DNA from: Eledone cirrhosa | Lineage: Eukaryota | Direction of reading: 5' to 3' | Assembly: GCA_964016885.1 (NCBI GenBank) | Contig: OZ024741.1 | Location: forward strand, 181,846,001 to 181,910,000 | Length of the DNA: 64,000 bases | Shown: piece by piece, positions 44,030 to 54,203 of the stretch | How positions within the stretch are numbered: the first letter of the stretch is position 1 | Layout: each line of letters starts with the position of its first letter | The notes under the pieces: model-generated | The model's input: the letters and a program-made list of their open reading frames with translations, nothing else | Told to the model about the DNA's origin: nothing | The model's database searches: none | Program-made: the position numbers and the translations under genes

Positions 44030-46140
44030 ATGAAGACTGGGATTATCATTTCCGATTGCCATTGCTTTGTTGCCTTCCCTGACATGCAGTCCATCAGGTA
44101 GTGATAAGTTAGCCAAAGTATATTTCTCCGTTTAAGGCTTTTAACATCTCAGGCTGAATTTCATCCTCCCCAGAGGCATGTCTACATTTGAACGTTTCAA
44201 TTGCCCGGGTAACATCCGCATTCGAAGGTGACTTCAATTTATGAAATCATCGTTTTGTATGCCAGAGTACTTTATATACGGATTTAGAGATGGATTCCAG
44301 ATTAACCTCCAAATCCCTTCTATATATTAATCATGGATGGTTTGACTGTCTATGCTGAGACATGTTGAGTCTGCCTGTACCGCGAGTGCAAGCAGGGAGA
44401 TTTAATTCCAATCCAAGCTTTGGATGCCCCCTTCTTGGCTCAGATAGCATTTTTAACCTCGTGATTGAACCAGAGTCTCCTCTTGTTACCCGGTAACATG
44501 GAACCTCTCTCACCCACACCATTTAACAGGTGTATCGAAAATTGCCGAGATAAATAGTCTTTACTCCTATTTTACTTCCCCAGTTTGTTCAAGAAGGTTT
44601 CTGAATATGGATGCAGTAGTATCCGCATACCCAGTCCTGACCACCTCATCAGCCAGCATTAGCCAGATTTTGTGTGTTTTCTCAATTTCTTTGTAATTTC
44701 ATGTTGCAGATAACACGATGATGATCAACTAAGAGCTCACCATCCCCACCACCTTAACACAACCATGTAACAGAACCAAAGATATCAAAGTCAATACAAA
44801 ATCAATTACTGACCTTTGTTCTCGATATCCCTTACAGTATATTTATGGATGTTTTGTGTTAAAAAAAGATGCTCACAATATAGAAACAAGTCTAATAGAG
44901 CTACTTCGTTCGTATTTAGATCGGGATCGCTGTTGCTCCCAATGACTTCTTTCTATGTTTGGTGATTAGTGCCAACATGTGAATTGAAGTCTCCCATTAG
45001 GATATATGACTCACTTTCGACTTCATCTAACACTTCAGTGACGGAAAGATATGTTTTCAGACTAACTGTGTGGTACCTAAAATTGCACTATCCACAGGTT
45101 TCCTTCTTTCAGCCTAAGCTTCAAGGACCAAATCCTCCCTACGAATGGGATTCATTTCATAACACATTCCGACATTCGGGGACATATTAGTACCTCCACT
45201 CCCGCCTGTGCAGTTCTTTCTGGTACAATACCTGAATAATGGAGTTTCTACGGTATCAGAGTTAGTGAACTTGTTTGAGGAAACCCCGATGATATACCTA
45301 GCCGATAACATTTTACAGCCTCTGCTACTTCCTGATCCTGTAAGGGCTGTAACATTCCAATTGCCAATTTCTAACGTGAGATTAGGATTGCAACATATTT
45401 TTCAGACGGGATCTTAAGGATGAATGTCCTCTGTGTTACCACGCGTGAAGGACGGTGCAGTATGATTACTTTTATTGCATTTTATAATACTGCAGTTTTG
45501 GCGGACATATTCGCGCCTGTACTAATTTGGTAATTTTCTCATGGATATAGTTGAGTCCACGCTAGATGGCGAAAAGTGTGGTTTTCGCCCCGGACGTAAT
45601 AGTGCAGACCAAATATATAATTTGCGACAGATCTTCGAGAAATCGTTGGAGTAATGTCAAGATATTATGTGCTTGTTTCGTGGAGCTCTAAAATGCATAT
45701 GACTGCATTCCACGAGACTTATGGTGGATTGTTCTGCTGGGGCTTTGTGGCTTTCAAGTCTCTATACAATTACTGTAGTATTTGTGTTCGGATAAATAGT
45801 GCTAAGTCGAAACACTTCTACATGAGTATCGGACCCCTGTTCATAATTTTCATGACATGAGCAGCCGAGTTGAAAGTGGTATCAAAACCGGTAAATGTAG
45901 GATCAGTTGCCCGATATTTGAAGACGAGATGGTGTTACTAAACTCGTCGGAAGTTGATCTCTGACATGCACTGGATCGGTCTGCCGCGAAGCGCAGAACT
46001 GCATTAATGAAAATCAGTTCTGCAAAAACTGAGGCATTAATTATTTCAAAAAAGCCTACGCATATCATTGGAGCTACACTGAAGCAAGTGGAGAAGCTCA
46101 AGTATTTCGGGTTCGTTTTCACAAGTAATGGTTTGTTTGC
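44030..46140. mobile_element. Degenerate RTE LINE with inverted 5' part
   Basis: Minus strand 45420-44030 carries APE (IGNWNV, GDFNSHVG) through GEDEIQPEMLK and early RT. Plus strand from ~45480 carries CGFRPGRNSADQIYNLRQIFEKS, IFEDEMVLL, LKQVEKLKYFG. Confidence 0.65.
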
Positions 46141-46313
46141 GAAACGCAGTAAAAGTATGTGGGTGTATGCAACTATACATATCCTTAAATAGAGCCACCA
46201 TAAATAACCTTACACGAGGGTTGGAAACTAATGATAGCAACAATGCCGTGGTGAAGATAACTATACTACAATATTCTAGCTCTGTAGTTTCCATAGAGTT
46301 TCCACTGCCTTTA

Positions 46314-46350
<37 letters not shown>

Positions 46351-46352
<2 letters not shown>

Positions 46353-46505
46353 GGGTAAAATTCCCGAGATCCATGGACGAGTTCTCTCCAGCGGTCTCTG
46401 TCCCTCATTATCGCTGCCATGTCCTGTGTCTCCAACAGACCAGTGTCTGTCCTTAGGGCATCAACATACGTTAACCTTGGTCTTCCTCTTCCAGTGTGTT
46501 CATGT
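46351..46505 (-). mobile_element. Short RTE 3' fragment
   Basis: GRGRPRLTYVDALRTD..MRDRDRWR next to (TA)n. Confidence 0.6.
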
Positions 46506-46573
46506 AGGGGCTCCACAGGAGCACTAAGTGCAATGTCAACTCTGGACATGCTTTATACTCTCTCTCTCTCTCA

Positions 46574-46653
<80 letters not shown>

Positions 46654-46725
46654 GGAATAGAATGAAACGAAATTTCATTTCTCACTCTTAGTACGGCACT
46701 TACTTAAATGTAAGTATGTATGTAT

Positions 46726-47150
46726 GTATACGTACATACATATATGTATACAGACGTACAGTAGTATGTATATATATATATATATACATGCACACATATA
46801 TATATATATGCACGTATCGGTTTACTGAACATTTATTATAATGCTCGGTTTGTTTGTTTGTAAACAAACAAACAGCCCGAATTACGCCGTACAGTGTTTA
46901 GGCAACCACGTCACCTTTTTGTTCAATACTGACACAGGAACGATGTGTCAGTGTTTACAAACAAACAAATCGAGCATTATAATAAATGTTCGGTAAGCCG
47001 ATAGGTGCATATATATATATATATATATGTGTGCATGTATATAAACCGATACGTGCATATATATATGCGTGCATATATATATATGTGTGCATGTATGTAT
47101 ATATATACATACTACTGTACGTCTGTATACATATATATATGTACGTATAC
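46726..47150. repeat. Imperfect inverted repeat / MITE-like foldback with ~85-bp spacer
   Basis: 46726-46866 is the inverse of 46952-47150 (cagacgtacagtagtatg; ttattataatgctcg.tttgtttgtttgtaaaca). Confidence 0.7.
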
Positions 47151-47196
47151 ATATACATATATGTGTGTGTGTGGGTGTGTGTGCGAGAGTTATATG

Positions 47197-47230
<34 letters not shown>

Positions 47231-47262
47231 TGTATGTATGTATGTATGTATGTATGTATGTA

Positions 47263-47831
47263 TGTACAACCTGTCTCATGGTCGGGTCGTTGGCGACTAA
47301 ACTGGCAACCCCACCAAGGTTTCTTGGTGAGGAGGGTGACTTTGGACATCCTGCAGGACTAAAAACAAAACCTGTCAAAGGGCAAAGAAGCTCTTAAGAG
47401 TCAATGGCCATCAAAAATCACTGGGAGAGATGACCCCTTAGCCTTTGTCAAGGCAGAATTCTAGGAGAAGGAAAACTCTGATATAACACCTGCAACCCTG
47501 ATGGTATCCAATGATGTTGACTTGTTCTTCTTTTTGGTAAATATCATCTTGGTTAAGAGAGTGGGACTGGCTTTGTGCAGTGCCTTTGCTCACTATAAAA
47601 GCTTCACGGCACAGGCATTGCTTTGTATCTGGAGATCTCTCTGCACTTGTCGTCACATGGTACCATGGGCCCAGCACTATGTGTCAATAATTGTCACAAG
47701 TGTAGTGTTTGTACCAGAGTTTTCAAGTCGCTGGCTGGACTAAAGTTACATTCGTTCAGCGCATCGGTAGGAGTTCTCCTACATGGATATAAAGTAGTGG
47801 CCGTACTCGAAAACGAGTTGGCAGCCACCAT
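47263..47831 (+). mobile_element. RTE-derived non-autonomous element, slightly 5'-truncated
   Basis: Same family as copy 1. Confidence 0.85.
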
Positions 47832-47906
47832 GTATGTATGTATGTATGACGCTGGCGGCGTCAGGGCTGGTTGGAGAAGACGGCATGCGGTCGGCTGCCG
47901 CTTCTA

Positions 47907-48515
47907 TGTCAGGTCACCAGTTGGTGCTACTGGTAACATGTATCCCAGTAAACTTGTCTCATGGTCGGGTCGTTGGTGACTAAACTGGCAACCCCACCAA
48001 GGTTTCTTGGTGAGGAGGGTGACTTTGGACATCCTGAAGGACTAAAAACAAAACCTGTCAATGGGCAAAGGAGCTCTTAAGAGTCAATTGCCATCCAAAA
48101 TCACCGGGAGAGATGACCCCTTAGCCTTTGTAAAGGCAGAATTCTAGGAGAAGGAAAACTCTGATATAACACCTGCAACCCTGATGGTATCCAATGGTGT
48201 TGACCTGTTCTTCTTTTTGGTAAATATCATCTTGGTTAAGAGAGTGGGACTTGCTTTGTGCAGTGCCTTTGCTCACCATAAAAGCTTCACAGCACAGGCT
48301 TGCTTTATATCTGGAGATCTCTCTGCACTTGTCGTCACATGGTACCATGAGCCCAGCACTATGTGTCAATAATTGTCACAAGTGTAGTGTTTGTACCAGA
48401 GTTTTCAAGTCGCTGGCTAGACGAAAAAGTCACACTCGTTCAGCGCATCAGTAGTGGTTCTCCTACATGGATATAAAATAGTGGCCGTACTCGAAAACGA
48501 GTTGGCAGCCACCAT
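47907..48515 (+). mobile_element. RTE-derived non-autonomous element, full-length
   Basis: Same family as copy 1; (TATG)n tail. Confidence 0.85.
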
Positions 48516-48748
48516 GTATGCATGTATGTATGTATGTATGTATGTATGTATGTATGTATGTATGTATGTATGTATGTATGTATGTATGTATGTGTGTGTA
48601 TGTGTGTGTGTGCTTGTGTAAACCTGCTTAAAAGCTTCCAATTAATCTGTCCCTGTTGCAGCAGATTTAAGCCATAGGAATTGAAACATGTCCAAAAGGA
48701 TCGAACATAGTACTGAAATAGAATAATTCTGGTTTTACTACCACATAC

Positions 48749-48802
48749 TTTCAATTCATGCAATATTGGTGATATTTCAGAAGTAACTAATACATCAAGA
48801 TC
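48749..48802 (-). other. Possible isolated 54-nt coding exon (DLDVLVTSEISPILHELK)
   Basis: ttatttacAG| ... |GTATGT around an open, codon-like 18-aa stretch; no partner exons identified. Confidence 0.2.
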
Positions 48803-50734
48803 CTGTAAATAATGTTTTAAATATTTATATATTTAGTGTATATAATTAGCAAAATCAATTTCCAGAGTTGAAAGATGAATCGATGGCATGAAATTCATAA
48901 GCTATTCTGTTGACATTTTGAAGAAGAAAAAATGAGCATAAGCATTACCATATATTCAGTCTGGCGCTTTTTATTATTTGTCGCCATTTTTATCGACTTA
49001 CTATGACGTAATACTTTTATTTGCATAACAAATATTCATATCATGTTCCCCCAATAAACAGACAATAGACTTTTCTTACCCCTTTTTTTGATTTTAAATA
49101 TATATATTAAGGATTATAAATATAAATTCACAATTAATTGAAGAATGTATATAGAATGTAACGGAAAAGCTATTAATTCACTCAGAAATAACTACTTTTT
49201 AAAATCTTTCATTTGTTAAAAATGAGAACAATGCTTGATATAGTTATGTGAGTTAATTATTCTATTTGAAATTGTCGATATTTTTTCGCATAGTCATGAT
49301 AAAACAAACATTTAAAACAGGCTAAATTAACTTTTTTTCATGAATGAATGCCATATCTCTAAATATCCACCATTTTGTGAATGCGCACTGAACATTGTAC
49401 TCATGTAACCTATATAATTGAATATTTATTAGGAAATTTCCAGAAGAGTGAATTAGACTTAATTACGTCTCATTATTTTGTGAGTGCGAATTCACCAGGC
49501 TTTATTTTATAAATTTTTTTTTTTTGGCTTTACGTCTCTCTAGATTTGATAAAAACAAAAGTATTAGTAACATTCTGATAACAACAAAAACAACAACAAC
49601 AAAAACGGCTTTAGTATTGCAGTGTTATGAAACCAATCGACCAAAATACATTCCAACTTCTCTTAAATTACATTATATCGTCTGAAATAATGATTCTTCC
49701 GCAGGTTGCAACGATGAGCATTCAGTTATTTGATCAACTGAACGAACGACTCATTAAACCAAGGTGCAAGGAGCTGAGTAATCTACAGACACGTGGACAT
49801 TTGAATTACTGGTATAATCCATCCGACGGCCTTCTACACAGTTTCCATCTTTCTAATATCTCTCAAACAATCTTGTCTTGGGGCAAATACCTTCTACGGT
49901 AAAAATTACTTCCCCACAATGTCAGGCACGACTCAGCCATGGCTTCATCCCCTCTTTAACCGCTCCGCCATGAGGCAAGTTAGTATTGAACGTAGAACTT
50001 AAAAGATCGTGGTGATACACAATAAGGCAGTTTGTTCGAAATTCTGCAGATTCTGCAAATCCACTGCCCCCATTTTTTTTATTTAAATACTACAATCCTC
50101 TAAAGGAAACTTCTACATTGTAGCTCGACATTTCATGAAATAGAAGCCAAATTCCCTTATATCATAGAGTGCCGCTTTAAATGATATTTAAGGGTTATTT
50201 TGGGTAATATGATTTCAAATATAGACACGGGGTCTCGAATGTTGGGTAGAATTATATTTTAGTACCTAACTGGAACTTTATTTTATTAATCTCGGAAAGC
50301 CGAAACGAAAATTGACCTCGGTAGGGTTTGAACTCGTAATATGAAAGGCCATAACTAAACCCCACAAAACATTTTGTATGACGCTCTGGCGATTCTGAGA
50401 ATCCAACACACTATTAATTAATGAAATATTCGATACTTGATACTTGAAAACACAAGACCAAACTTTGAAAGTACCAAACTTTGAAAAAACATCAACGAAA
50501 ACAACTTTAAATATTTAGTCCTAGATTTTCCACAAGATTACAAAGTTTAGGGTTGGATGTAGTCAATTACATAGACTTGAGTGATACAACCTTCCTTGAT
50601 CCTTGAAGGATGAAATCTAAGTTAACCCCGTGTAGAATTTGGACATTAACATTTGAAGCATATTTTTTCCTCCGGCACTCAATGGGTTCTGTCATCCGTC
50701 GCTCCCTATATATGTACTTTAAATGCTGATTTCT

Positions 50735-50930
50735 AATTTAAGTACAAGATGAGCAAATTTGTGGAAGGGCAATCCCAGTACTTGTGTGATACTTTATTTC
50801 ATCGACCCTGGAAAGATGAAAATCAAAGATGACCTCGGCAGGATTTGAACTAAAAATGAAATAATAATATGCAAAGAGCCAGAACAAATACAGCAATGGC
50901 ATTTTAGCTAACACTCTACCAATTTTGTCA
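50735..50930 (-). mobile_element. Diverged tRNA-derived SINE (further old copies around 50230-51270)
   Basis: tcgaccctggaaagatgaaaatcaaagatgacctcggcaggatttgaact. Confidence 0.6.
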
Positions 50931-51280
50931 ACGTTCTTTAAATATTGGTGTATATCAAGTGACACAGGCACAGACACATATGGTGAGATGGCAGCAATTG
51001 ATGAAATCGTTACCTTTACTTAACTGATATATAATTTATAGAATTCCCCTCCTTCAGAAAGAAGAAAGGTAAAGTTGAGCCTAGCTGGATTTGAACTCAA
51101 GTTAGTTTAAGTATTGATTTCTAACATATGAACACAGCCAGAAATAGTGAGGGTGGCGTATAGTAGATCAAAATGACTATAGTACTAGATTAAATGCTTA
51201 TTTTAGCGATTTTGAAGCCTGAAAAACAAAGGTGATCATGAGGGCATTTGAAATCAGAACATAAAGGTATGTAACTAAAC

Positions 51281-51695
51281 ATCGCATGGCATTTAATTCA
51301 CTGTTCTACCACATGGCATTTAATCTACTCCTCTACCACATGGTGTTTAACCCATACCTCTACTCCATGTCATTTAATCCATAACTTTACCACGTAAGGT
51401 TTAAAACATAGCTCTACCACGTGAGGTGTAATCCACAGCATTACCACATGGCAAATAATCTCCTGTTCTATCACATGACATTCAATCCACTGCTCTACCA
51501 CGTGGTAATTAATCTACTGGTTAACCACATGGTGTCCAATCTACTTCTTTACGACAGGGCATTTAATCTACTGTTCTATCACATGGCGTTCATTTCACTG
51601 CTTTACCACGCGACATTTTTCCCACTGCCCTACAATACGAGCGTTAATCCATTTTCTACCAGATGGCCTTTAATCCAATTGTTTACAATATGGCT
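51281..51695. repeat. Diverged 27-bp minisatellite (~15 copies)
   Basis: Consensus ctaccacatggcatttaatctactgct with conserved period. Confidence 0.8.
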
Positions 51696-52050
51696 GTTTG
51701 CTTAAGCTATTCGTTTCATATCTACATGGTTTGGTAGGGGAGTGGTGATCACACGGCATGGCACTTTCACCAAAGACCTGTGAGTTAAATTTGAAGACGG
51801 AGACTCTGAGGAAGACCATCGAAGAATCCGTTCATGTGTCGCCCCGTTTAACATCATAAGCTGTGCACGGGTGCCTTTAGCGGATCCCATTCCATCGCAA
51901 GCATTTGAGCCAGGTTTCCGGTCATAGTATAAATTTCTCCTTTTCTTCAACAAGTCTCAAAAGTCCTAAAAATATCATGGTCACTTCCCTTCCTTCTCTG
52001 ACAAATCCATACAAATGAATCTGTTTCTTATGCATCATAAGATACGTTAA

Positions 52051-54176
52051 ATATTGTTATACTTTGGGAGGGTCATGTTGCCAATAAGAAACACACGCAC
52101 CAGTTGCTTTCACTTCAATTTATTATATATTTATAAATTTATAAATTTACAAATCTACAAACTTATAAATTTCTGGTTGGTTGGTTGGTTCTACAACCAG
52201 ATAGTTGTTTATATATAGTCATAGTCCTTTCGTCACACACTCTGTGACCTCTTCAGTGACTGGGGATTCCTTTCTTCGTTTCTGTGCCTTTCTTTTCTTC
52301 TATCCTACGCCATTTTGTTTCTGTGTGTGTGTTGTGTGCTCAGTTTGCGCATGCGCCACATCCGGGTGTCTGTGTGTGTTTGTGTTCATTTATCTATTTG
52401 TTTATTTATTTATTTATTTATTTATTTATTCTTGGTTGGTTGTTTGTTCTATGTGTGTGTGTGTTTTCATTTTGTCCTGTGTGTGTTTTCATTTTGTCCT
52501 TAATTGTAAGTTGTTTGTTCTATGTGTGTGTGTGTTTTCATTTTGTCCTTAATTGTAAGTTGTGATGTTGCTGTTCTACTCATATTTTCTATTTAATTTT
52601 GGTTTTAATTCTTTTATGCTTACTGCCTCTGTAATTTGCCTAAACATTGCGTCTTTTCTGTGTGTGGATTCTATTTTTATTTCTATGCTCTCTAATCTAC
52701 CCCTGTGTTCTATCTTAGCATGTTGGTAGAGCACAGATGATTCTTTATTATATTGGAGGTCTCGCCAGTGTTCATTTATTCCTTCCCCTATACTACGAGC
52801 TGTCTCACCTATGTACACTATATTTTTGTTTCTACATTGTCCTTCAGTACATCTTATGCTATACACTACATTTCTAGTTTTACAGTTAATATGGGGGCTT
52901 ATTTTACAGGTTATACATTTCTTATCTATACATGAGGGTCTTTGGAACGGGTATGTCTTGCTAATAAGTGTTTTTACGGAGGTACCAGGTCTTTCTACTA
53001 TCTTAATATTGAGATTATGTTTATTTAGGGCCCTTCTAATTTTGTAGGCTAGTTCGCCTCTAGGGGTTGTATTGATGAACATTACACTCTGGTATTTATT
53101 GCTATCATACCATGAGTTTATTCTATTGACCTTGTTCCTAGTTCTTTCTATTCTATTCCAAAATTTGCTCCTATACAAGGGGCAGGTCCCATTTATGTCA
53201 TTATTTACCATTTTTTCCCATTTGGTTCTGGCTCTTTTATACACTCTGATTCTATCTCTCTGATTGTAGCCAGAGAACTGCATACGGTGGATGAAGTGTT
53301 GTATGTGTCTCTCTAGTTCTTCGGGGTTGCACATGCGGGACACATTTCTCATCACCCGTACCAAATCCGCAATCAGTATGTTGATTTTGGTATGGTCCGA
53401 AATGGCCGAGTTTCGGTGGATCAGATGTTTGGAAGTCATGGGTTTGGCATAATGGGAATGGAGGATTTGTTTTTGGTTGTTAATGGTATCTAACCAGAGC
53501 TCTGTGTCTAGTACAGGTAATCGATGGTTGGGGTGTCTACTTGGGTAGTCTATAGTAACTCTAATGCTCTGGTGGATGGAGTTTGCTATTTGCTGGATGC
53601 TTTCCATTGTGTTTTTCTCTAGTTCCTGACTGTTCTTTAGTGGGGGTGTCTTAACTACGATGTTTATATCATCTACGTAGCGGGAGTACATTATCAGGGT
53701 TAAGCTGTCCTCTAATTGTTCATTAAGTTTTTGTTTAAGTCTACTGTCCCACCATACCATGAATAAGTTAGCTATGTCGCCTGCAATGCTAACACCAATG
53801 GCTGCTCCTTCCTCTTGGGCATATGTTTTACCATTAAATTTGAACATATGCTCCTGAAGGGTTAATTTTATGCTGGCCCCTACCGCATGTGCAATCATTT
53901 TCTTCAGTTCATCGTGGTTTTCGGGTGTCCGTATGGCTCTGGTCCACCCGTTCCATCTATCTGTGTGGGTTTTCTTGGCCATTGAGGTAATGGTCGGTGG
54001 TCTGCCTCTTGCTGGTCTTGTTGGGCACAGGTTGCTAAGGTCATAAGTGTCTAGGTAACTATTACTATGGGTAAGCTTAAGTAGAAGTCCCAGCTCACTG
54101 GTATCAATCCCACGGAACTCAACCTTGCTCTCGCTGATCATTTCTACGCATTTCTCCACAGCAAAATCCACGTCAA
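52051..54176 (-). mobile_element. Inverted, 5'-truncated copy of the Penelope-like element (RT C-terminal part, GIY-YIG, pLTR)
   Basis: Reverse complement of 56391-58516; open 531-aa frame 52576-54171. Confidence 0.93.
52217..52261 (-). ncRNA. Minimal type I hammerhead ribozyme in pLTR
   Basis: AGTCA-CTGAAGA-GGTCACAgagtgTGTGAC-GAAA-GgaC-TA-TGACT. Confidence 0.7.
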
Positions 54177-54203
54177 CTGGTGCGTGTGTTTCTTATTGGC
54201 AAC

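Noticed and set aside
48620-48748. SFWTCFNSYGLNLLQQG resembling an ionotropic receptor pore loop
   Set aside because: Short resemblance only, with no flanking transmembrane segments; a stronger splice donor lies upstream.
54125-54203. N-terminus of the listed 808-aa ORF
   Set aside because: It reads through the antisense inverted arm; the real start is probably ATG 54204, shifted by a 1-bp deletion.
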